Source: Spirochaetia bacterium (GTDB taxonomy: Bacteria > Spirochaetota > Spirochaetia > DSM-27196 > Salinispiraceae). From it: DNA of 64,000 nt. Below are positions 38,220 to 47,839 of this stretch, piece by piece. The stretch lies in assembly GCA_038204425.1 (NCBI GenBank), contig JBBRCZ010000005.1, forward strand, positions 1 to 64,000, read 5' to 3'. The stretch's first letter is position 1; the number at the start of each line of letters is the position of its first letter. The translations under genes were made by a program, and so were the position numbers. The notes beneath the pieces are model-generated. The model did no database searches, was not told where the DNA came from, and worked only from the letters and a program-made list of their open reading frames with translations.

Positions 38220-38906
38220 ATGAACGAAAATGACCAGAACCCATCAAAAGAGGCGCTCCTAAAAGACCTTTTACTCATTAAAGAAGCTGCCCAAAAAAGC
38301 AACAACCTGTTTAGGTATTTATCCCTGGCTCAGGGAATAAAAAAGCTGGCCTTGTGGGGAACTGGTCTGGTGGCTGTAAGTTGTGGCATCGTTATTTGGC
38401 TACCCCAAAGCCCGTCAATCGAAGCCAGCCAAGAGCTTGCCGTTCAGGTTCTGCTTTACTCACTGCTTGCCGTAAGTGTCGTATTGCTAGGCATCTATAA
38501 AATTCGCCTATTTCTCAACCTTGGTAGAGCCTATCGCAAAGACATCACCTTTTCTCAACTGATGCATGCAGCATTCAGCAAACCGCTCTTGCGCCACTTA
38601 ATTCCGCAAGCTCTTGTCATGATTGCGTTGATAATCTTTTTTTCCTGGCGCGGTGAGCATATTTTTATAGTGCCAATTGTCACGCTCTTTTTTTCGATCA
38701 TCATATTTTCGATGATTGCCCACCTAGGCATGCGTGAGCTCTTTGGCTTTGCATTTTGGCTCTTAATTAGCGGAATTGCAAGTCTGTTTCTCGCTCCCTA
38801 TCTGTCCACGCCACTAATGATACTAAGCAACTTGGGCATTGGAATGCTTGCGCTTTACTTCGGTGCACTTGTGGTAAGCCGCCGACAAAACCGGGGCCAA
38901 AAGTGA
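38220..38906 (+). CDS. Hypothetical membrane protein
   Basis: About 6 TM segments; GGAGG RBS; coupled to the wHTH regulator. Confidence 0.8.
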   Translation: MNENDQNPSKEALLKDLLLIKEAAQKSNNLFRYLSLAQGIKKLALWGTGLVAVSCGIVIWLPQSPSIEASQELAVQVLLYSLLAVSVVLLGIYKIRLFLNLGRAYRKDITFSQLMHAAFSKPLLRHLIPQALVMIALIIFFSWRGEHIFIVPIVTLFFSIIIFSMIAHLGMRELFGFAFWLLISGIASLFLAPYLSTPLMILSNLGIGMLALYFGALVVSRRQNRGQK

Positions 38907-39223
38907 ACAAGAAACCTGAGCATGGGCTGGACAAGGTCATACACGAACGCGCTCGACTCTTGATTATGACCAAACTATCCAGCAGTGACGAGCCCAAGGT
39001 GAGTTTTAACGAACTCAAATCTTCACTCGAGATGACTGCTGGCAACTTATCGGTCCAGCTCGCCAATTTGGAAACTGCCGGCTACGTGTCTATAGAAAAA
39101 CAGTTTGTGGACAAAAAGAGCTCCACCTGCGTGTCAATCACTATGGAAGGTCATCAAGCTTTTTTGTCCTATCTTGACGCGATGGAGCACCTTATTCGAA
39201 GCATAAAGGAGACAAAAGAATAA
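38903..39223 (+). CDS. Winged-helix transcriptional regulator (ArsR/MarR-like)
   Basis: LDKVIHERARL..FNELK..MTAGNLSVQL..LETAGYV. Confidence 0.88.
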   Translation: MNKKPEHGLDKVIHERARLLIMTKLSSSDEPKVSFNELKSSLEMTAGNLSVQLANLETAGYVSIEKQFVDKKSSTCVSITMEGHQAFLSYLDAMEHLIRSIKETKE

Positions 39224-39418
39224 TGTTTGACGTTAAAGATTTGCAGTTTCGTTACGCAGGTGCCAAAGAAGACACCATTAAAGGAAATAGCTTTTCGTTT
39301 CAAAAAGGTGAAATTCTTTGAGCTAATCAAAAAGCAGCCCATTCAAACTATACATAGTGGCGAAACAACGCTCGACGAGATCTTTATTAAGGTCACGGGG
39401 GTACAACCCAATGAATAA
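39223..39418 (+). pseudogene. ABC exporter ATPase pseudogene with internal deletion
   Basis: ATG 39223 gives MFDVKDLQFRYAGAKEDTIKGNSFSFQKGEIL* (stops before Walker A). Another frame gives FFELIKKQPIQTIHSGETTLDEIFIKVTG, a typical ABC-2 ATPase C-terminus. Confidence 0.85.
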
Positions 39419-39735
39419 CTTCTTTGTCCTAATTGCCGGCGACCTAAAACGGCTTCGTCGCTACGGCATCTTCTGGGCGAGCTTGGCCGTTAGCCTCTTG
39501 TGGATAATTTTTATCCAAATTGTTGACCTTAAGAATCTGTCGCAGTTTTTTGGGCTCTTTGTGATGGCCGATGCCACGCTGATGTCGTTTTTGTTGGTCG
39601 GCGTTTCGATAATCTAAGAAAAATAAGAGCACGCTCTCAAGACACTCTTGGTAAGTCCGATTAGCGCCGTCGGCTATCTCGGTTCAAAAATCGCTTTTAC
39701 CATCGCTTCAGCGCTAAGTTCTTTGCTTATCCTAT
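39411..39735 (+). pseudogene. ABC-2 permease 1 pseudogene
   Basis: In-frame TAA at 39615 and 39624 within LVGVSII*EK*EHALKTLLVSP; truncated by a junction into permease 2. Confidence 0.8.
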
Positions 39736-40392
39736 ATGGCTGGCTTTTCATTGCTCTTGGCGCTTATTGTGCGCTTGCTGGTTCCCTATTTGGAAACCCA
39801 GCTATCGTACTCACTTGCACCTTGGTACCAAATTATCGTCCTAGGGCTTATTCTGCTTGGAACAAGCATCAGCGGTGGCATGGTTGGCTTTTCTATCATA
39901 GACGATAGAGACGATCAGATACTGCAAGCCATCGAAGTTTCGCCGGTCAGCTTTGAGCTTTTCTTGGACATACGGCTTGGCCTGTGCATAGTGCTCGGCT
40001 GGGTCATGGGCATCTTGATTCCGCTTATTGCCCAGCTTGGCGATATCCCATTTCACGTGCGCTTTTTGGTTCCCATTTCGGCCGGCTTGTTTTCTAGTTT
40101 ATGTGCCATGCTGGTCAATTTTTTTGCAAGCAATAAAGTTGAGGGCTTTGCAATGATGAAGGCAGTCGGCTTTATCGTGGCCTTTCCTATTGCATCACAG
40201 TTCTTTAGTGACTTTAAGCAGTATTTTTTTGCCATAGAACCAAACTTTTGGACGGCCAAAGCATTCTCACTTTCGCTCACTGAACATGTCGATTCCGGCG
40301 AGTTCTGGTTCTTTTGGGCGGTAGGAATCGTCTATTTGCTCTTACTAAACTTGCTTGTTTTCAAAATCTTTAAGAAGAGAATCACACGATGA
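39736..40392 (+). pseudogene. ABC-2 permease 2, probably 5'-truncated
   Basis: GFSIIDDRDD..AIEVSP, ASNKVEGFAMMK resemble fluoroquinolone-export-type permeases; no RBS or normal N-terminus. Confidence 0.65.
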
Positions 40393-40411
40393 TTCACCAA
40401 GGAGGAATGAT

Positions 40412-40549
40412 ATGGAATGGTATTTTTGGGTACTGATTGTGCTGGCGGTAGCTTTGATTGGATTCCTTAAAGTTAAGTTCTTTAAGTCAATTATTGCCAA
40501 AAAGCACAGAAAAAAGACGACGTCTAGTTCTAATGATGGCCAAGGCTAG
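40412..40549 (+). CDS. Small single-TM protein (45 aa)
   Basis: AAGGAGG RBS; MEWYFWVLIVLAVALIGFLK then a basic tail. Confidence 0.65.
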   Translation: MEWYFWVLIVLAVALIGFLKVKFFKSIIAKKHRKKTTSSSNDGQG

Positions 40550-40585
40550 CACTGCAAGATCTGCCTTGGCCATGTCTTTGGCCAT

Positions 40586-41155
40586 TCAGCTAGGCACGGA
40601 ATTATAAAAGACCCTTGTGTCAAAGGGCTGACGGTCGCGGGGCCCCACTTCACTGGCGCGGTGCTTGTCGCTCAAATAGGCTGACTCATCACGATATGAC
40701 AACGCTATTACACAAGCGATCACCCAATCAGATGGAATAGAGAGTTTTTCACGCAATCCAGGCGCGTTAAAACCAGCCATTGGATGGGCAACCACTTCTT
40801 CGTGACTAGCCTGAACCAAGAGGCTCATTACAGCCAATCCAGCGTCAAACATAGCATAGGCTCGGTCATCATCAAGGTTGCAACTTTGACGCCGGTCTGC
40901 GCATGCCACAACAAATACGGGCGCCACTTTGGCCCAATAATTGCCGTCACTCAAACAGGAAACCACGGTTTCGCGCATTGGATCTTCACTGGCGACTACA
41001 AAACGCCAGGACTGCTTGTTGGCACATGATGGCGCAATACTAGCTGCAAATAAAATTCGTTGCACAAGCTCTGGTGCTAGGCTCTTGTTTGACAGTGCAC
41101 GGTACGATTTTCGCTTGGCAAGTACGGGAATCAAGCTCTCTTCGTCAATATCCAT
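40586..41155 (-). CDS. Nitroreductase family protein
   Basis: KRKSYR, APSCANKQSWRF, FDAGLA, HPMAGF. Confidence 0.92.
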   Translation of the reverse strand: MDIDEESLIPVLAKRKSYRALSNKSLAPELVQRILFAASIAPSCANKQSWRFVVASEDPMRETVVSCLSDGNYWAKVAPVFVVACADRRQSCNLDDDRAYAMFDAGLAVMSLLVQASHEEVVAHPMAGFNAPGLREKLSIPSDWVIACVIALSYRDESAYLSDKHRASEVGPRDRQPFDTRVFYNSVPS

Positions 41156-41295
41156 CTACAAACCCTCCACAATGGCCTCGATAGGCACCTATAGTTTACC
41201 AAATTTTTGGTGCATCGACTGTACTTATGTAGAGTAAAAAGTGATTGTGTAAAAAACATTTGAACAACGCTTGGCTTTTAAACTATCTTTAAGGC

Positions 41296-41892
41296 ATGGC
41301 CGACGACGTGCTTAACAAAAAACCAATTAATCTCACTGGGCACTTTTTGGTTGCCGAAGCCGAACTGGGCGACCCAAATTTTAGCGAAACTGTGGTGCTT
41401 ATCATTAGTCATGATGACGAAGGTGCCTTTGGTTTGGTGGTCAATCGACGTTCGGACATAAGTCTTGGTCAAGCTGCAGAGCCTTATACAAATTCGCCCT
41501 TTGCTGGTCTTCCGCTGTTTGTAGGCGGCCCTGTAGAACAAGAGTTTCTGTTTTGCTTGCATAGCGGCCTGCCAGATGGCAACGATAGTCCTTATGTTAT
41601 CAAGCTCACCAGCAATCTAGTGTTTGAACCGCAGTTTGTAGCTTTGGAAACCCACATCCTAGCCAACCCCAAGCTAAAGCCCCCTGAGATTAGACTCTTT
41701 GCTGGATATTCGGGCTGGACCGCCGGTCAGCTTGAGTCTGAGTTGGAAGAAGGCGCTTGGATGACCATGCCAGCCAGTTCGGATCTTGTCTTTAATCCCC
41801 ACCCACAGGGTGGCTGGAAACAGGCCCTCAAACGCAAGGGCGGAGTCTATTGGCTGGTAGCAGAAACCGGCTACAAGCCATCACTCAATTAG
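41296..41892 (+). CDS. YqgE/AlgH (DUF179) family protein
   Basis: DPNFSETVVL, GAFGLVVNR, GGPV, GYSGWTAGQLESE, C-terminal PSLN. Confidence 0.93.
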   Translation: MADDVLNKKPINLTGHFLVAEAELGDPNFSETVVLIISHDDEGAFGLVVNRRSDISLGQAAEPYTNSPFAGLPLFVGGPVEQEFLFCLHSGLPDGNDSPYVIKLTSNLVFEPQFVALETHILANPKLKPPEIRLFAGYSGWTAGQLESELEEGAWMTMPASSDLVFNPHPQGGWKQALKRKGGVYWLVAETGYKPSLN

Positions 41893-41905
41893 CCCTATCG
41901 TCGGC

Positions 41906-42820
41906 CTAGACCCACTTTTCTTCCAAGAGCTTGCCGTCTAAACTCAAAACCGCCAGCTTGAGCGGAACCTTTCGTTCGGCCTGAGCGACAGCTTTCTGAG
42001 CAAGTTGCAATAGACCGCGGCAACAAGGCACTTCCATAATCAGCACGGTAATGGTATTAATTTTGGATTGATCTATCATGGCAACAAGCTTAGTAGCATA
42101 TGAATCTTGTCCATCGTCGAGTTTTGGACAGGCTATGGCCAAGGTTTTTCCCTTAAGAAACTGGGCATGAAAGCCACCGGCAGCGTAAGCGCTACAGTCG
42201 GCAGCCAGGAGCAAATCGGCCCCGGAAAAATAAGGTGCTTGCGGATTAAGTAAGTGCAGCTGCACCGGCCACTGGCGCAGTTCACTGCTTTGGCTAGCTG
42301 GTCCATCTGACCTTGATTCTGTTGTTTGCATTGTTTGAGCTGCTGGCGCAAGACTGCGTGCCATCGCACCCGGACATCCCCCTTGGTGGCTGTGGACTGA
42401 AGCAGCACTAACATGGCCAGCATCTGCCGTATGGATAGCTATTGGTTTTAAGTTGGCGTTCTTAGTAGGCATTGGATTGTCGATTCCTTTCTGTTTGAGA
42501 ATATCTAAAGCTTGAGCCAAATAAACATCTTGCTTGTGCTGTTGTAAGTGTTCTAGATGAGCTCTAATGACGTTGTTGCCACCAGCAATGATTTTTTCCA
42601 TAACCTGCGCTTCGTCATAGGCTTGGGCCTCGCGTTTGGAGACACGCATAGCACCAGTTGGACAATGGCCAACGCAAGCACCCAATCCTTCGCACATCAA
42701 GTCAGAAAGCAAGCGAACTTTTCCGTCGATTATTTGCAGTGCGCCTTGGTGGCAATTTGGTACACAATTACCACACCCAACACAGAGTTCTTCGTCAATT
42801 TCAATTATATCTCTCAACAT
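41906..42820 (-). CDS. 4Fe-4S dicluster protein (type often linked to hcp)
   Basis: CVGCGNCVPNC, CEGLGACVGHCP, GGCPG, LRQWPVQL, AADC, IACPKLD, MEVPCC. Confidence 0.85.
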   Translation of the reverse strand: MLRDIIEIDEELCVGCGNCVPNCHQGALQIIDGKVRLLSDLMCEGLGACVGHCPTGAMRVSKREAQAYDEAQVMEKIIAGGNNVIRAHLEHLQQHKQDVYLAQALDILKQKGIDNPMPTKNANLKPIAIHTADAGHVSAASVHSHQGGCPGAMARSLAPAAQTMQTTESRSDGPASQSSELRQWPVQLHLLNPQAPYFSGADLLLAADCSAYAAGGFHAQFLKGKTLAIACPKLDDGQDSYATKLVAMIDQSKINTITVLIMEVPCCRGLLQLAQKAVAQAERKVPLKLAVLSLDGKLLEEKWV

Positions 42821-42838
42821 GCTTTGGCTCCTATTACT

Positions 42839-42880
42839 AAGCTAACATAGTGAGTGACAACTACCATTGACTTAGGTCAA
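42839..42880 (-). promoter_or_regulatory. CRP/FNR-type site and class II promoter of the 4Fe-4S gene
   Basis: TTGACTTAGGTCAA at 42867-42880; minus-strand extended -10 TGtTAGCTT (hexamer 42844-42839). Confidence 0.68.
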
Positions 42881-42909
42881 CAGAAAGTACATCCGGTCAG
42901 TAAGCAGGC

Positions 42910-44004
<1,095 letters not shown>

Positions 44005-44006
44005 TC

Positions 44007-44035
44007 AGCATAGACGGTAAATCTTCATTTTTCAA
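44007..44035 (-). promoter_or_regulatory. Putative sigma-70 promoter of leuB
   Basis: Minus strand TTGAAA-N17-TATGCT. Confidence 0.55.
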
Positions 44036-44143
44036 GTTGCAGATAGTACTGAATCACCAATCACCGCAATCGATGTGTGCAAGAGACCCGCTTGGCTATT
44101 TGCCAAGGATTCAAGTACAATTTAGACGAATGGGAGAACTATT

Positions 44144-45982
44144 ATGGTAAAAAAAATAGCACTATCGATAGTGGCTTTCTGTCTGTTTGGCCTAGGCGCA
44201 GTTTTTGCCCAAGGCTCGAGCGCTTCGCCAGGCATAGAGCTTGTGCTAGTGCCTCAGACAGCTACAACCGAGGACAAGAATCAGTACTGGTTGGAAGCTC
44301 ATTTTACCCTGCCCGAAAAGCTCCATCAAACATTGCAAGAAAAGTACTTTGGACTGGTCATAAATCAAAGCGCTTTGCCCGCTGGAGCAGTGCTCGGAAA
44401 GTTGGTCTACCCACCATCAGAGAAGAAAATTTTGGACATACTTTCTTACGAAAAATTTGTACTAATCAAACAAGCGATTAGTTTTAAACAGATACCACCG
44501 TCCAATTTTGAAATTGAAGGTAGCGTATTTTGGCAGCTGTGCTACGACGATGGCGTCTGCTTGGTGCCGCAAAAAAAAGACTTCATCTTTACCGTGCAGA
44601 GCCAGGCTGGCTTGCTAGGCAGTGCAAAGACCAACATAAATCGCTTGGTCCAAGATGGCAGCGGTCAAACCTCACTTGGCTCACCCTTTGCGCTAAGTGA
44701 CGCTCAAGAAGCACCTGCAATTGAGCAACAAAGCCCTAACGACGAGGAGAGACTCGATTTTGCAGGTGTTCTTTTAATCCTACTTTTTGCCTTTTTGGGT
44801 GGCGCCATTCTTAACTTGATGCCTTGCGTTTTGCCTGTGCTTTCTATAAAGGCACTTTCCTTAATCAAAAACGCCGGTGAGAACCCCAAGCGCCGCTGGG
44901 CCCATGCCTGGATGAGTGCTGCCGGCATTGTAAGCTCCTTACTTGCCTTGGCACTAATCTTGGTCATCCTGCAGTCGGCCGGGCTATCAATAGGTTGGGG
45001 AATACAGTTCCAAAACCCTTGGTACATGCTAGGCTTGGTGGTTCTTGTCTTGGGTTTTGCTCTTTCTCTATTTGACATTTTTATTTTGACTGCGCCGTCG
45101 GTCAAACAAAACAAAAGAACAGGCCTTAGCGGAAGTTTTTTTTCGGGTTTCTTGACGGTTGTTTTGGCAACTCCTTGTACCGCCCCTTTCTTAGGCACTG
45201 CCCTTGGCCTAGCCTTTAGTAGCCCTTGGTGGGTCATAATTTTAGTCTTTGGCTTTATCGGTATAGGACTCGCACTACCTTTCTTCTTACTCACTGTCAT
45301 ACCCGGCGCACTTAGGTTTTTGCCAAAACCAGGCAAATGGATGGAGACCTTCAAGGGCGTCATGGCATTCGCACTAATCGCTACCGGTATCTGGCTCTTA
45401 ACCGTGCTTAACACGCAACTTGCCACTGACAGCTTCAGCAATGTGCTGTGGTTTTTGGGCAGCTTCTTCTTTCTTGCATGGATCTGGGGTCTCGTCCAAC
45501 GCAGCGCTCTGGGCGGCCTCAAACGTAAGCTTGCCCAGTTCCTGGTTCTTGCTCTATTGGTCGCAGCCGGTTGTGCCTTCTTGTCCTTGTCACCTCGCAC
45601 CAGTGCAACAAGTCAGGACTCATCGGCCAAGCTACCGGATGGTTGGCAGGTCTTCTCGGAGCAAGCAGTGGACACCGCGCTTGTGCAAGGCAAGACTGTT
45701 TTTGTGGACTTTACGGCCGACTGGTGTCTCACCTGCCAAATCAATAAAGCTGGACCGCTCGCGGATCCGAGAGTCTTGAATGCCCTTAATGAGTCGAACG
45801 TCGTCAGACTACAGGGAGACTATACCAATGCCGATCCGATAATCGCTGCTTGGCTCAAACGATATAAACGAGCAGGGGTTCCCTTTAATGCTTTCTTGCG
45901 CGCAAACAAAGCCACCCAAGTTCTGCCGGAAATACTCACTAGCGATGGTGTGCTGGCCGCGCTCACCACTATTAGTTTGTAA
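44144..45982 (+). CDS. dsbD: DsbD family thiol:disulfide interchange protein
   Basis: Signal peptide; LCYDDGVC, LNLMPCVLPV, ATPCTAPF, thioredoxin motif DFTADWCLTC. Confidence 0.88.
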   Translation: MVKKIALSIVAFCLFGLGAVFAQGSSASPGIELVLVPQTATTEDKNQYWLEAHFTLPEKLHQTLQEKYFGLVINQSALPAGAVLGKLVYPPSEKKILDILSYEKFVLIKQAISFKQIPPSNFEIEGSVFWQLCYDDGVCLVPQKKDFIFTVQSQAGLLGSAKTNINRLVQDGSGQTSLGSPFALSDAQEAPAIEQQSPNDEERLDFAGVLLILLFAFLGGAILNLMPCVLPVLSIKALSLIKNAGENPKRRWAHAWMSAAGIVSSLLALALILVILQSAGLSIGWGIQFQNPWYMLGLVVLVLGFALSLFDIFILTAPSVKQNKRTGLSGSFFSGFLTVVLATPCTAPFLGTALGLAFSSPWWVIILVFGFIGIGLALPFFLLTVIPGALRFLPKPGKWMETFKGVMAFALIATGIWLLTVLNTQLATDSFSNVLWFLGSFFFLAWIWGLVQRSALGGLKRKLAQFLVLALLVAAGCAFLSLSPRTSATSQDSSAKLPDGWQVFSEQAVDTALVQGKTVFVDFTADWCLTCQINKAGPLADPRVLNALNESNVVRLQGDYTNADPIIAAWLKRYKRAGVPFNAFLRANKATQVLPEILTSDGVLAALTTISL

Positions 45983-46008
45983 ACATCAGACAAATCAAGA
46001 GCAACATT

Positions 46009-46033
46009 AAGCCACCCACTCGCGGATGGCTTT
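46009..46033 (+). terminator. Possible terminator after dsbD
   Basis: AAGCCACCC..GGATGGCTTT imperfect hairpin. Confidence 0.45.
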
Positions 46034-46083
46034 ACTATTTTTCGTGCATGATCAAAGGAAAGAACGAGGAGGTTTTGCCAGCG

Positions 46084-46369
46084 TCAACGTGTAACGATGC
46101 TCATGTCTAAGTTAAGCAGACTGGATTCTGCGCCAGAATTGAACTTGCAAAGTGTTTGTTGGCGCCCTCTACCCGCGATGCAATATTGACCGCATGACCC
46201 ACTCTTGGCGTGGTCAAATATGATACCCGACATAAACTCCAAGTAGCTGTTGAAAAGTTTTTCCAATTCCAGCGGCGCAAAGCTCTGAGCCAAACCGCAA
46301 AAGCTTTCTGCGTAGCTGGATTTTATTTCCAGTTCCAATAGTTAGCGGCCGCATGTTCTGGCCTCCCAA
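46084..46369 (-). pseudogene. Class III adenylate cyclase remnant
   Basis: FCGLAQSFAPLELEKLFNSYLEFMSGIIFDH followed, in a shifted frame, by GHAVNIASRVEGANKHFASSIL. Confidence 0.7.
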
Positions 46370-46703
46370 AAAATCGGTTATCCCGTGTAAATTTTTGCAG
46401 CACTTGCTGGATTAACCGCTTCGTTGGACGTAATGGTTTGTAAACCTGCCTTTGGTTGGAACGCTGGACTTGACCTAAGAGACTATTTTAAATAGCGAAG
46501 GTGCGCCGCGCCTCGGATTGCAAGCTGTTTACTCAAGTAAGAATTCGCTATTTCCGATTCCACTCAATGCTCTGGATCAAAAACTACCCATTTTGGAGCA
46601 AGCACAATTGAAGCCGTAGGATTTGACCAAGCTTTGGCGCAGTTTAGTCTCAAGTTTACTTGGTAATTTGACTCGCATACTTGGTTTTTATCTTGATTTT
46701 AGT

Positions 46704-46733
46704 TTGACGAGAAAATTACGAATGATTATCATT
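46704..46733 (+). promoter_or_regulatory. Sigma-70 promoter overlapped by a Fur-box core
   Basis: TTGACG(46704)-N17-TATCAT(46727); AATGATTATCATT at 46721-46733 (reverse complement AATGATAATCATT is the Fur consensus core). Confidence 0.65.
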
Positions 46734-46786
46734 ACATTGCAGAGGAATTTATTCGGTCAAGGTGCAACGAAGAGGAGCGTCCCAAT

Positions 46787-46825
46787 ATGAGAAAATCTAC
46801 AGTTCGCGTAGTTTCTGTATTTTGA
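46787..46825 (+). other. 12-codon mini-ORF MRKSTVRVVSVF
   Basis: GAGGAG RBS; stop TGA overlaps the TTG start of the next gene (TTGA). Confidence 0.45.
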
Positions 46826-47796
46826 GTATACTTCGTCGTTGTAAGCCCTGGTTATTCCAAGGCTTACGTAAAAAAAACACCTACTTTGAGGGCTGGTACT
46901 TTAAGATTAGCGACCAAAACCAGCGTTCTTTTTCATTTATTCCTGGCATCAGCCTTAGTGCCAACGACAGTCACGCATTTATACAATTTATAGACGGCTC
47001 TAGCGCCTCCACGACCTACCATCGTTTTGAATTGGAAGAGTTTTCTACCAGCGACGAGCCTTTTTTTATAAAAATTGGCAAGAACTATTTTGGCCAAGAC
47101 TCGCTCAACGTTGACTTGGAACAAGATGGCTTCGTCTGTAAAGCCAAGCTCCAGACAAGCACTTGGACGCCCTACCCGAGTGGGCTTTTTAGGCCTGGCA
47201 TTATGGGTCCATTTGGTTTATTGGGTTTTTTGGAATGCTACCACGGCATAGTTAGCGCCAATCACACTGTTTCTGGCGACTTTGATATAAATGGCATTAA
47301 ACAATCGATTGAAAATGGAAAGGCCTATATAGAAAAGGACTGGGGTCATTCCTTTCCGCAAGACTATATTTGGACCCAAGCAAACTCTTTTGCCGATCGG
47401 CAAACCAGCGTCTTTGTGTCCATGGCAACCATACCATTTAAGGGGCTTGAGTTTCCGGGCTTAATTGCTTTTGTTCACTTGCCCAAACGCAGCTACGTGA
47501 CCTTTGCTACTTGGAACAGAGCCAAGATTCTCCACTTGTCTAACCAAAATGGAGGCTTTTCTGCCGAAATAAAGCGCGGCGCCTACCTTCTCAAAATTAA
47601 GGTGCGCGAGTCTCGCAGCGGCTCGCTGGCTGCTCCACGACTGGGCACTATGGATAGAATCATCAAAGAAAGTGTAGATGCCGTGCTCGACTTTGAACTC
47701 TTTGAACACGGAAATCCAATTGCATCGGGTAGTTCGGCAGCTGCTGGACTAGAAATGTCGGGAAACCTAGATAAGTTAAAGCCTAAGAACAACTAA
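46822..47796 (+). CDS. Tocopherol cyclase family protein
   Basis: FQG..YFEGWYFK, GIMGPF..LECYHG, YIEKDWGHSFP..W.Q.N. Confidence 0.88.
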   Translation: MSILRRCKPWLFQGLRKKNTYFEGWYFKISDQNQRSFSFIPGISLSANDSHAFIQFIDGSSASTTYHRFELEEFSTSDEPFFIKIGKNYFGQDSLNVDLEQDGFVCKAKLQTSTWTPYPSGLFRPGIMGPFGLLGFLECYHGIVSANHTVSGDFDINGIKQSIENGKAYIEKDWGHSFPQDYIWTQANSFADRQTSVFVSMATIPFKGLEFPGLIAFVHLPKRSYVTFATWNRAKILHLSNQNGGFSAEIKRGAYLLKIKVRESRSGSLAAPRLGTMDRIIKESVDAVLDFELFEHGNPIASGSSAAAGLEMSGNLDKLKPKNN

Positions 47797-47839
47797 AGAC
47801 TCGCTTGTTCACTTCTGGGTGCCTTGCTACTATCGAGTG

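Noticed and set aside
39615..39626. Stop-codon reassignment to explain in-frame TAA codons
   Set aside because: TAA, TAG and TGA all end conserved genes normally here; the locus has other lesions.
44005..44028. Mini-ORF MKIYRLC upstream of leuB as an attenuator leader
   Set aside because: Only one Leu codon, lies inside the predicted promoter, no terminator.
44704..45600. 298-aa Lys-rich minus-strand ORF
   Set aside because: Antisense to the membrane region of dsbD, which explains its composition.
46470..46483. TTGACCTAAGAGAC as another CRP/FNR site
   Set aside because: Right half-site missing; lies in decayed sequence.
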